In this document: piece by piece, positions 49,890-61,794 of the stretch
Numbering within the stretch: position 1 is the first letter of the stretch
Layout of the letters: each line of letters opens with the position of its first letter
Source of the DNA: Macrostomum hystrix
Lineage: Eukaryota; Animalia; Platyhelminthes
Length of the DNA: 64,000 nucleotides
NCBI GenBank assembly: GCA_950097015.1
Contig: CATNEN010000012.1
Location: forward strand, 3,100,001 to 3,164,000
Reading direction: 5' to 3'
Program-made: the position numbers and the translations under genes
The notes under the pieces: model-generated
What the model was told of the DNA's origin: nothing
The model's input: only the letters and a program-made list of their open reading frames with translations
Databases searched by the model: none

Positions 49890-50743
49890 CGGGTGTGTCA
49901 TAAGTAATGTCACTGAGGGTAAAACAGACCAACTAACAATCGCAGATGAACGAAACTGTATCAATCAACAACATAGTGTCCCCCAATATCAATCACCCTC
50001 TGGCAGTGCTCGTACAGCTTCTCTACCTCAGCCTGCAGGTGTTTTTCCTCTAGCTGTCGGAACCAGTGCAACGCGGCTTCTTTGACCTCATCATGGTTTG
50101 CGAAACTTCTCTGGGAAAAGTCTGCCTTCAGCCATTTAAAGAGAAACCTGTCGCACAAGTTGAAGTCTGGGCTGTAGGGACTCTGCCAGAGCAGATTTAC
50201 TCGCCGTCCAAGCCAGAAAATCCGAAACAGCCTGACAGGTGTGGGGCCGTGCGTTGTCCATCTGCCGCGGGTCTTCCTTGACCAGGTCGCTGATGACTTC
50301 GATGTTCTCTATTGTCCTGGTTGAACATGGTCGTCCAGATCTGGCGGCATCTCCCAATTCGAACCCAGGATCAGTAAAGTTCTGAAACCACCTGTAAATT
50401 GTCCTGCGAGTTGGGCAGTTGTCTGGCAGTGTGTTCCGGAGATCCTCCTCTACTTCAAGTGCAGATTTTCCAAGCTTGAAGCGAATGAAAGCGTAGAACT
50501 GGATGTGCGTCTTGTCGTGATTCATGTTGAGTTTTGCTCGTTGCAAAAAGATTTCATCGCGTTGCGCTTGCTAAATCTGATTAACAAATTCTTGCGACAG
50601 TTTTGGCCATAGACATTAAAATTGCTGCTCAGGTGTGGTGGCAACTTCTCAATAAATGTACTTTCAGAATATAATATATTTGGATGATTATTGCTTTGGG
50701 TTCCCGCACAACAACCACAGTGACATTACTTATGACACACCCG
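49890..50743 (-). mobile_element. Mariner (Tc1/mariner superfamily) element, internally deleted, 854 bp
   Basis: Perfect 26-bp TIRs CGGGTGTGTCATAAGTAATGTCACTG with TA TSDs (49888-89, 50744-45). Transposase remnants: N-terminal HTH (...IYRWF...DAARSGRP) fused directly to DNARPH, then the YSPDL.PCD region and C-terminus with a frameshift. Confidence 0.95.
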
Positions 50744-50816
50744 TAGTATTTGCATTAATTTACAAATCAATAACGTTACTAACTATTTTTTGTGTTACTA
50801 ATGAATTTACGGTGTA

Positions 50817-51150
50817 ATTAACGAATCGGTAGTGAAACTAACGAATCTACAGCGCAATTAACGAACAAACAGTGTAATTAACGAATCTAAAGTGTAAGTA
50901 ACGAATCTACAGTGTAACTAACGAATCTACAGTGTAACTAACGAATCTACAGTGTAACTAACGAATCAACAGTGTAACTAACGAATCTACAGTGTAACTA
51001 ACGAATCTACAGTGTAACTAACGAATCTACAGTGTAACTAACGAATCGTTAGTGTAAAAAAGCAAAATATACAGTGTAAGTAACGAATCGACTGAGTAAA
51101 TAACGAATCGACTCTGCAATTAACGAATCGACTGTGCAGTTAACGAATCG
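50817..51150 (+). repeat. 20-bp minisatellite (AACGAATCTACAGTGTAACT)
   Basis: Read directly; ends are degenerate. Confidence 0.92.
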
Positions 51151-52095
51151 ATATTTGAATTCGGGATTTAAAGTTGAAAGTAACGATTTCATGCTTTGAG
51201 CTTCTCAAAAAATGACCAAAAGCCAACTGTTTAGACGCAAAAGACTGCTAGGCAAATCTTTTTTAGCATGTCTGATCTTCAAAGAAGATTCTAAATACTA
51301 GTACTAGCGTGATATTATTGTTAAAAAATTGACTGAACAACCACAGCTCATATCTCAGCCCCTTATCATTCGGCTTTTCTTGTTGGCGGGGGGCTTAAAA
51401 GCAGGGCCTGATGGTTTCTTGGTTGCCGAAAAAATTTCGGAATAAATAATCATTTCAGCTTTTATCGAGCCGTCAAATCAAAGTGCATATTTTCTTATGC
51501 CCGACTGCAGGAAGCTCCGTTGCAGTCGTCCATGTCATCAGAAAATAACGGCCTGACAGATTCTGACAGATCTTCGCTGGGTGAAAGCCCCTGTGACCTC
51601 GCGACGTACTGGGATAATTGATATCAAGCTTAATCCAGCTTTTCCAGCAGTCAATTGAAGCCGGCAACGTAATCTTACCCAAAATAAATTTGATGCAATT
51701 TAATTTGTTGCACTTTAGCACGGGCAAATAATCCAACTGTAGCGTTTTCTTGAAGAATGCTAACTCTGTGTCCAAAAATTTGAATTTAAGAAGCGAAATT
51801 TTTAAAAAGGGACACTAAAGGACAACTAAGAAATAACATAACGTAATAACATGGAAACACTCCAGTTGTTTAAGCTTGCATAAGCTTCGTACATCCCTAA
51901 ACGTTTAAGCTTGCATCGCCCGGCTCTGAGTCGCTTCTGGAAAGTCTGGAGAGACGTCTACGCAAGATGATATACTGTTAAAGTTATTGCCTTTCCTTCA
52001 TTCGCGCGACTTACGAGTAACTACTCGCTTACTTGTCACCTGTCATCTATTCGTTTTTTTCGGCGAGTGTCGCTAAATTATCATGTAGTGCGCCT

Positions 52096-53344
52096 TAGGG
52101 ATGCTTAAATACCGGACTTGCCCAAAACCGGGATCCCGGTATTCAATACCGGAATTTCGCCAATACCGGTTTTGAATACCGGCATTCAATACTCAATAGC
52201 TTTTTTCATATTTTGGCTCCCGAATTTCAAAAAAGTCAAATTTTATTGCATTTTTCCTATTATTTTCTTATTGACTATCTTTTGAATGCATTATAAATCA
52301 TTTACTGAATTGTCCTAACTTTTAAATCCAATCAATTTGTTATAGGCAAGTTATAACGCCCACCCTCTCATTTCAGCGGAGGACGATGCGGCCCCAGCAG
52401 CAAAGCAGGAACCAGCAAGGCTGCAAGGCTGGAGCCGGCCGGACTGCCGGAGGGAGCGAGCTCTCGGAGGGGAACCGATCAACAGCAGCCTCCAACCCCC
52501 TGGCAGGAGGCTGAGCAGGGCCCGGCGACGGCTTGGATCGGCGAGGGAAGAATTTGATCACGCCTGGAGAGGACCTGGCAGATCGGGCGATGACGATGAG
52601 GGAGAGAGAACCAAAAGGATTGGGGGAAGAACTTCCTAACTCAACCAATGCGTTTCAACAACCCCCCCGACTCCCCCTCCGAGAGCAGGCTCAGTTAGCC
52701 AAGCAACCCGCTAGTCCCATGCTTTCCGCTGTACGAATGCTGGGGGCTGCGTCTCCACTCAAAACATCTCTGATGCGTACCGTTGTGAAGGCTCTTCCCT
52801 CCCCTCCGCCTAAAGGAGAGGAATTTTGTGAAGATTATAAAAGAAGGCGCGGAGCGCGAAATCGCACCTACTGCATAATAAAAGCATTATATTTATGTAT
52901 TTTTATACTTTCATAAACAATTATTTAATTTATGTTGATTGCTGTTGCTGATAGCCTGATACTGATAGTGATGACTGATGAGTGATGAGTGATGGTGATG
53001 AGTGATGACTGATGCGAATCGCGATGCGATGCGAATGCGATCATGCGATGATTGATGACTGATGAGTGCTGGCTGGGTTGATGGATATTGGCTATTGATT
53101 GGTATTGTATTGGTATTTGGTATTGACAGATACAGAATGTAAAAAATAAAAAAGCTAAAAATCCGAAGCGAAAGCATTTTTCAATTTCTAGGAAAATGCA
53201 TTTTAAACAAAAAATCTCAAATTTGTAAAAATACAGACATAATTTTAGACCAATACCGGACCCTAATACCGGTATTAGTAATACCGAAAAATTGGCCCAA
53301 AACCGGTATATTTCGAAACCGGGATCCCGGTATTAGAATCTCTA
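52096..53344. mobile_element. Non-autonomous hAT-like element (1249 bp)
   Basis: Perfect 8-bp TSD GTGCGCCT at 52088-52095 and 53345-53352. Imperfect TIRs (TAGGGATGCTTAAATACCGG; TAGAGATTCTAATACCGG as reverse complement). Palindrome ACCGGGATCCCGGT at 52127-52140 and 53318-53331, plus AATACCGG subterminal repeats. Confidence 0.88.
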
Positions 53345-53682
53345 GTGCGCCTGCACTGGCCCCCCTCATCTTCGCTGCCTGCCCACCTTTTCTCTAATTG
53401 CTACGCCTCAACCCCCCGTGTTCGCCACCACTCTCGATCTGCTCGTCTCTTATCTTTCTCTCCGCAATGTACGCTCAGCCCCCCGCATTGTTATCTCGCT
53501 ATAATGAAATAAAATCAATAAACATGGTTACGCGCCTTCTGACTATATATCTTGGCCTGCACGGGCTCTCGGTCCGGCGCGCAAGAATTTAAATTGCACC
53601 AACAACCAAGCATTGTTCAAGCCTCTCTTAAATTTGCGTGTAAGTCGCAACACCAGTTTCTATTAGATAAGAAGCTGAATTA

Positions 53683-55168
53683 TCAGATTCTAATGTGAAT
53701 CGGACACTGAATGACCAGATTCTAATGTGGATCAGACTCTGAATGACCAGATTCTATTGTGGATCAGACTCTGAATGACCAGATTCTATTGTGGATCAGA
53801 CACTGAATGACCAGATTCTAATGTGGATCAGACACTGAATGACCAGATTCTAATGTGGATCAGACACTGAATGACCAGATTCTAATGTGGATCAGACTCT
53901 GAATGACCAGATTCTAATGTGGATCAGACACTGAATGACCAGATTCTAATGTGAATCGGACACTGAATGACCAGATTCTAATGTGAATCGGACACTGAAT
54001 GACCAGATTATAATGTGGATCAGACTCTGAATGACCAGATTCTATTGTGGATCAGACACTGAATGACCAGATTCTAATGTGGATCAGACACTGAATGACC
54101 AGATTCTAATGTGAATCGGACACTGAATGACCAGATTCTAATGTGGATCAGACACTGAATGACCAGATTATAATGTGGATCAGACACTGAATGACCAGAT
54201 TCTAATGTGAATCGGACACTGAATGACCAGATTATAATGTGGATCAGACTCTGAATGACCAGTTTCTATTAGATAAGAAGCTGAATGACCAGCTTCTAAT
54301 GTGGATCAGACTCTGAATAACCAGATTCTATTGTGGATCAGACACTGAATGACCAGATTCTAATGTGGATCAGACTCTGAATGACCAGATTCTATTGTTG
54401 ATCAGACTCTGAATGACCAGATTCTAATGTGGATCAGACTCTGAATGACCAGATTCTAATGTGGATCAGACTCTGAATGACCTGATTCTATTGTGGATCA
54501 GACACTGAATGACCAGATTCTAATGTGAATCGGACACTGAATGACCAGATTCTAATGTGGATCAGACTCTAAATGACCAGATTCTATTGTGGATCAGACA
54601 CTGAATGACCAGATTATATTGTGGATCAGACTCTGAATGACCAGTTTCTATTAGATAAGAAGCTGAATGACCAGCTTCTAATGTGGATCAGACTCTGAAT
54701 GACCAGATTCTATTGTGGATCAGACACTGAATGACTAGATTCTAATGTGGATCAGACTCTGAATGACCAGATTCTAATGTGGATCAGACTCTGAATGACC
54801 AGATTCTAATGTGGATCAGACTCTGAATGACCAGATTATAATGTGGATCAGACTCTGAATGACCAGATTCTATTGTGGATCAGACTCTGAATGACCAGAT
54901 TCTATTGTGGATCAGACACTGAATGACCAGATTCTAATGTGAATCAGACACTGAATGACCAGATTCTATTGTGGATCAGACTCTGAATGACCAGATTCTA
55001 TTGTGGATCAGACTCTGAATGACCAGATTCTATTGTGGATCAGACTCTGAATGACCAGATTCTATTGTGGATCAGACACTGAATGACCAGATTCTAATGT
55101 GAATCAGACACTGAATGACCAGATTCTATTGTGGATCAGACACTGAATGACCAGATTCTAATGTGGAT
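53683..55168 (+). repeat. 32-bp minisatellite (GAATGACCAGATTCTAATGTGGATCAGACACT)
   Basis: Read directly. Confidence 0.96.
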
Positions 55169-55315
55169 GTGAGTGAATGAGTGAGTGAGTGAGTTAGTGA
55201 GTGAGTGCATGACTCAATGAATTTCGACCAGCTAGAACTAAATAGAGGTGTGCAAGGCAGCGATTTTCTGGTATACCCGTACATCAAATTGATGGCTAAT
55301 GCCATCTCTTAGGTT

Positions 55316-55643
55316 GCTAATGCTGAGAGCTAATGGTGTTGAGGTGGCTAATGCTGAGAACTAATGGTGTTGAGGTGGCTAATGCTGAGAGCTAATGGTG
55401 TTGAGGTGGCTAATGCTGAGAACTAATGGTGTTGAGGTGGCTAATGCTGAGAACTAATGGTGTTGAGGTGGCTAATGCTGAGAACTAATGGTGTTGAGGT
55501 GGCTAATGCTGAGAACTAATGGTGTTGAGGTGGCTAATGCTGAGAACTAATGGTGTTGAGGTGGCTAATGCTGAGAACTAATGGTGTTGAGGTGGCTAAT
55601 GCTGAGAGCTAATGGTGTTGAGGTGGCTAATGCTGAGAACTAA
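55316..55643 (+). repeat. 31-bp minisatellite (CTAATGCTGAGAACTAATGGTGTTGAGGTGG)
   Basis: Read directly. Confidence 0.95.
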
Positions 55644-56211
55644 GGATGGTTAAGCTATGTGAGACAGATGCGATAGTCTTTCAAGTGTTTATAAAAACTG
55701 TATTTTTGTATTTTCTTTTGCTCGTCAACGAGAGCTGCGAGGGATGAGAGTGACGTCAGCAGGCGATGAGAAGTGACTTTTCTAGAAAAACGAGAGAATC
55801 CAGAGAATTCAAGAGAATAGTCTCGTGACTCCTACCTGCTGGCCTTGTTACTGAGCGGTTCTATCAACACGTGTGAGTGGCAGAGACACTGAATTTTGAC
55901 TATGATGGAACATTCATTTGTCCTAGTGTCAGCGACTGCACTTGAACGCCTGGAAAATGCCTCGTTTTCCATTTGAGCTGAATAATTCTCATTGAAAATG
56001 GGACTGTGTGCGGAAATCAGAGAGAATACGGCAAGTTGTGATTAGCGCCGCATCTATAACAGCCATGTAGGTAGCATCGATGTATCTAATTTATTAGAAC
56101 CTTGCCAATTCCTTAATTACATTCCTGTAAGTGCTTTTCCATTATTTTAATATAAGTTTCCCATTTTTATCATCTATCACAGTTTGCAGCCACCCTCCCG
56201 TATCACTAAAA

Positions 56212-56650
56212 ATGTTCCCTATCACTCCTAATTCTTCCCTATCACTCCCGATTCTTCCCTGTCACTCCCATTTCTTCCCTGTCACTCCCATTTCTTCCCT
56301 GTCGCTCCCGATTCTTCTCTGTCACTCCCATTTCTTCCCTATCGCTCCAAATTCTTCCCTGTCACTCCCATTTCTTCCCTATCGCTCCAGATTCTTCCCT
56401 GTCACTCCCGATTCTTCCCTGTCACTCCCATTTCTTCCCTGTCACTCCCATTTCTTCCCTGTCACTCCCATTTCTTACCTGTCACTCCAGATTCTTCCCT
56501 ATCGCTCCCGATTCTTCCCTGTCACTCCTAATTCTTTTCTGTCACTCCCAATTCTTTCCGTTGACTTTTTCTGTCGCTCCCAATTCTTCGCTGCCACTCC
56601 CAATTCTTCCCAGTCACTCCCAATTCTTCCCTGTCACTCCTGATTCTATC
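56212..56650 (+). repeat. 20-bp pyrimidine-rich minisatellite (TCACTCCCATTTCTTCCCTG)
   Basis: Read directly. Confidence 0.92.
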
Positions 56651-57186
56651 CTATCAAACTCAATCTCACTCGCTCACTCACAATCTCTCAATCCAGTTTG
56701 AGTTCTCTTGACATTGAATAGCAAAATACTTAGGACAATAAAAAACTTCTATTTGTTACTTGGAGTCCCAGAGGCTACATTAAAGCATAATCAACATGGC
56801 TACAGAACTGAATCCAAAGTCTTTAGAATAGCAAAGCAAACCGGTTTAAACCGCATCTGTTCTATTCGTAGAAAGGATATTTTATAAATCCCTAGTTGAA
56901 AAAGAGAAAGTTGCTACTTGGTTACAGAGAAAAGCGAAACGTTACGACACTTGGCCTCACAAAGTGTTACCAAAGCTGTGCCCACTGCCAAATTTAGTAA
57001 GAATAGCCGGCCAACTTCAAAGCCTTGAACAGGTTTGTTTTACAACCTCCATGTTGAGCAATATAAAATCTAGAGCTAAACACGGAGAGTTAGATACAGT
57101 GAAGTGAGTTTCTCGGCAGTGAAGCAGAGCTACTAGCAGACCCATTGTTCAGAGAGACTCAGACACAGAAGCAGAAACTTGCAGCG

Positions 57187-57606
57187 ATGCCGCATCCCAC
57201 AGCCGCCCAGTGTCTGGCGGCGACAATCCTGTTGGTCAGCAGTTTGGCCAGCATGACCACGGCTGTGCCGGTCGACTGTCCGATCCGCAGGCACACCGAC
57301 TGGGAGATTATCGGCGGCAAGAATGTCAGCCAGGTGCTCATCAGCATCAAGCTCAGCAACGGCAGCTGCATCCAGGTGCACGATCGGGGCACGCCGACCA
57401 CCTTCACAACGTCCCGGACCCGGCACTGTATCTTCTGCATCGAGGGCCACTGCGTGCCGGTGCCGAAGCTGCCCAGTCCGCCAACCTGCGACTCCGTTCA
57501 GGGCCCTGACTGCGGCCAGTACTTCTCGGCGAAGGGCAAGAAGGCTGAGCCTTGCCCGGATCCCAATCCGCTGCTGTCCAGCCTTAGCCTGGTTGGTCGC
57601 AAGTGA
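57187..57606 (+). CDS. Small secreted cysteine-rich protein, 139 aa, single exon
   Basis: Signal-like MPHPTAAQCLAATILLVSSLASMTTA|VP. The mature part has 8 Cys and ends ...LSLVGRK*. GC-rich, coding-like codon usage within AT-rich flanks. Confidence 0.75.
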   Translation: MPHPTAAQCLAATILLVSSLASMTTAVPVDCPIRRHTDWEIIGGKNVSQVLISIKLSNGSCIQVHDRGTPTTFTTSRTRHCIFCIEGHCVPVPKLPSPPTCDSVQGPDCGQYFSAKGKKAEPCPDPNPLLSSLSLVGRK

Positions 57607-58173
57607 TTGGCCGGCTTGTCAATTCACTAATTAACGAACGAGCAAAATATTGTCTTTGTTATACTAAACTGTTTTTTTCCGGTGAAGGTAGCCATTGAGT
57701 TGTCAATCTACGAGCTAAATTAAATGCACAAAAATATTATTTTTTCCCTCAGCTAATTCAACACATACATGGTATTTATCAGCAAAATAAATTAAAATCT
57801 CAGAAAAACAAGTTAGGTTTTTCTTTATTTTTTTAATCATTTCCAAAACTGATTAACTACATAATTCAAATCATGGTTTCAAATACAAAAATCTAAGTTG
57901 CGCGAGTTTTCTCGCCGAATAGAATGGTTCAAGGCACACTTAGCTTCCTCTGCTTCCTGAAGAATGTGCTAAATTAAACTGCCAAAGTTAAATATACCGC
58001 ACTGAAATATGCTTCGTAAGCTGGTAGTTAAAATTAAGCCTGATATTATGAGAGCACTACTGCCAGTAGCAAAAATGTAGATTACCAGGTTTTCTATTTA
58101 TAATGAGTTTTCAAATATCTTTAATTTCATTTGTCCGCATATAATCTGAATGAAACCGGCATGGGCCTCTAAT

Positions 58174-60135
58174 ATTCCAAAGCATGAGATTCCAAAGCAT
58201 GAGATTCCAAAGCATGAGATTCCAAAGCATGAGATTCCAAAAAGCATGAGATTCCAAAGCATGAGATTCCAAAGCATGAGATTCCAAAGCATGAGATTCC
58301 AAAGCATGAGATTCCAAAGCATGAGATTCCAAAGCATGAGATTCCAAAAAGCATGAGATTCCAAAGCATGAGATTCCAAAGAATGAGATTCCAAAAAGCA
58401 TGAGATTCCAAAAAGCATGAGATTCCAAAGCATGAGATTCCAAAGCATGAGATTCCAAAAAGCATGAGATTCCAAAGAATGAGATTCCAAAGCATGAGAT
58501 TCCAAAGCATGAGATTCCAAAGCATGAGATTCCAAAGCATGAGATTCCAAAGAATGAGATTCCAAAGCATGAGATTCCAAAGAATGAGATTCCAAAGCAT
58601 GAGATTCCAAAGAATGAGATTCCAAAGCATGAGATTCCAAAGCATGAGATTCCAAAGCATGAGATTCCAAAGCATGAGATTCCAAAGAGCATGAGATTCC
58701 AAAGCATGAGATTCCAAAGAATGAGATTCCAAAAAGCATGAGATTCCAAAAAGCATGAGATTCCAAAAAGCATGAGATTCCAAAGCATGAGATTCCAAAA
58801 AGCATGAGATTCCAAAGAATGAGATTCCAAAGCATGAGATTCCAAAGCATGAGATTCCAAAGCATGAGATTCCAAAGAATGAGATTCCAAAGCATGAGAT
58901 TCCAAAGCATGAGATTCCAAAGCATGAGATTCCAAAGCATGAGATTCCAAAGAATGAGATTCCAAAGCATGAGATTCCAAAGCATGAGATTCCAAAGCAT
59001 GAGATTCCAAAGAATGAGATTCCAAAGCATGAGATTCCAAAGAATGAGATTCCAAAGCATGAGATTCCAAAAAGCATGAGATTCCAAAGCATGAGATTCC
59101 AAAAAGCATGAGATTCCAAAGAATGAGATTCCAAAAAGCATGAGATTCCAAAGCATGAGATTCCAAAGAATGAGATTCCAAAAAGCATGAGATTCCAAAA
59201 AGCATGAGATTCCAAAGCATGAGATTCCAAAGCATGAGATTCCAAAAAGCATGAGATTCCAAAGAATGAGATTCCAAAGCATGAGATTCCAAAGCATGAG
59301 ATTCCAAAGCATGAGATTCCAAAGCATGAGATTCCAAAGAATGAGATTCCAAAGCATGAGATTCCAAAGAATGAGATTCCAAAGCATGAGATTCCAAAGA
59401 ATGAGATTCCAAAGCATGAGATTCCAAAGCATGAGATTCCAAAGCATGAGATTCCAAAGCATGAGATTCCAAAGAGCATGAGATTCCAAAGCATGAGATT
59501 CCAAAGAATGAGATTCCAAAAAGCATGAGATTCCAAAAAGCATGAGATTCCAAAAAGCATGAGATTCCAAAGCATGAGATTCCAAAAAGCATGAGATTCC
59601 AAAGAATGAGATTCCAAAGCATGAGATTCCAAAGCATGAGATTCCAAAGCATGAGATTCCAAAGAATGAGATTCCAAAGCATGAGATTCCAAAGCATGAG
59701 ATTCCAAAGCATGAGATTCCAAAGCATGAGATTCCAAAGAATGAGATTCCAAAGCATGAGATTCCAAAGCATGAGATTCCAAAGCATGAGATTCCAAAGA
59801 ATGAGATTCCAAAGCATGAGATTCCAAAGAATGAGATTCCAAAGCATGAGATTCCAAAAAGCATGAGATTCCAAAGCATGAGATTCCAAAAAGCATGAGA
59901 TTCCAAAGAATGAGATTTCAAAGAATGAGATTCTGAGTCGTGAGATTCTGAGGCATGAGATTCTGAGGCATGAGATTCTGAGGCATGAGATTCTGAGGCA
60001 TGAGATTCTGAGGCATGAGATTGAGAGGCCTGAGATTCTGAGGCATGAGATTCTAAAGCATGAGATTGAGAGGCCTGAGATTCTGAGGCATGAGATTCTG
60101 AGGTATGAGAATTCGAGTTCTGAGATTCTAAGATC
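58174..60135 (+). repeat. 15-bp minisatellite (TCCAAAGCATGAGAT) with 17-bp variants and a diverged 3' block
   Basis: Read directly. It is the source of the spurious 575-607 aa ORFs. Confidence 0.97.
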
Positions 60136-60529
60136 GATTCTGAGGTGTTCCGAGATATGAGAATTATTTTTATTTTTAGCCTAAACTGTAAGATTTAAAA
60201 CCAAGCTCAATAAGAATAAAATTCTTGTTTAAACCAGGAAGTTGACTTCAAAACTCTTTTTGAGGTCCCAAATTGAAGACTCTCAAATGGATAATTTTCT
60301 CTTTGATGCGACCTAAGTAGGTCAAAATCGAACTCAAGTATCGAAAGGCCGATTGCGAAAAAATCCATAAATTAATATGGATAATATAATTTAAGACAGA
60401 AAATGCAAAATCTATTTCAAGAAAAGTTGCCATTTTATAATTTTTTATCAGACGTATAAAATTAGCTGATGAAATACAACTTTGGTCGGCAGAAATATAC
60501 AATTAATAATCTAAAAGACGTCAGGAGGG

Positions 60530-60912
60530 ATGAGACATATGAGACAAAGAAGAGATTATACAGAGGAGAGACTAGAGATGAGACACACGACGAGAGATTA
60601 GGCACGAGAGCAATAACACATGGATGGGAGAGATGAGACAGGGGAGAGATGAGACAGGGGAGAGATGAGACAGGGGAGAGATGAGACAGGGGAGAGATGA
60701 GACAGGGGAGAGATGAGACAGGGGAGAGATGAGACAGGGGAGAGATGAGACAGGGGAGAGATGAGACAGGGGAGAGATGAGACAGGGGAGAGATGAGACA
60801 GGGGAGAGATGAGACAGGGGAGAGATGAGACAGGGGAGAGATGAGACAGGGGAGAGATGAGACAGGGGAGAGATGATACAGGGGGGAGACGAGACACGGG
60901 AGAGATGAGACA
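60530..60912 (+). repeat. 17-bp minisatellite (GAGATGAGACAGGGGA-type), same family as 3855
   Basis: The unit is essentially identical to the one inside the 3766 hAT element. Confidence 0.95.
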
Positions 60913-61794
60913 CTGCTAGAGTCTGGTAGCTGGCTGTATCATGATAGTACCATTTAATAAGCACATTTTTTAAACCAAGCTTGATCAAAAGTCTAGAATT
61001 GTGTAGAGCAAAGAGAGTTCTATTCTATTTCCATCAGAAATAGGACTTCAAAGGTGAGTGAAAATATATAATAATAAAAGTCCACGAGCCTAGAGTCGCT
61101 GAAAACCTTGGCTTTCCGAATTCCACAATGGTACTTGGGAGCTTAGATAAGAAGCGGATTAAAGATCAGGGCCGAACTGAACTTGAAGCAAATTGAAGCA
61201 ATTCCCATATATCTGCTCCGTGCTCAAGTCCTGAGCAGTCCACTGCCGCCTAAGGCAGAAACTGTATTCTAGAATCTATGGCGGGGGTGTCTCTTGATGG
61301 GGGAGATATGACTGGATCTGAAAGACCCGGACAGAAGATTGTGAATATTTTATTAGACATTCCAACATCATCACTCAGTATCACAATAGTCTAATTGGGG
61401 TTGCAGTGAGGAAATTTCAGAATATTAACTTCGATTGATCGGCAACTATTTGACACATCTTACTGAAGCGCTTCGTTGGACGGGCCAATCACTTTACAGT
61501 GCCGGCCTTCTCTTCATCGGCCTTAGACTGGCAATCTAATTATAAAGCCTATGCATTAAAAGTGCATTTCTATCTCTTTGGTGTGAGCTCTTTGCAAGTT
61601 AGTTGATAACTATTTCGAATGTGACATGGAAAATATTAAATTTTCATGGACCGGGACACAAAGGAAATCTTAATTCTAGCTGTCATATTGGGTTAGTAAA
61701 AAATACTCGAAATGTAAAATTATTGTCTGATTAACTTTGATGCACTGCTCCACATCGTATGAATTCGATAGGCAAAATATGCATTTTGGGTTGG

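Noticed and set aside
51200-51800. Possible decayed coding or transposase remnant (also 60200-60500 and 61050-61790)
   Set aside because: No recognisable motif in any frame and frequent stops.
52960-53070. CTGATGAG motifs suggesting a hammerhead
   Set aside because: Part of a low-complexity (TGATGAG/TGAC) run, with no stem II or correctly placed GAAA.
58098-59921. 575-607 aa ORFs, and similar long ORFs at 2903-3540, 3784-4406, 20060-21841, 28230-29051, 35352-36030, 36830-37421 and 43201-44419
   Set aside because: They are translations of tandem repeats that lack stops by composition, are open in several frames or both strands, and have no unique domains.
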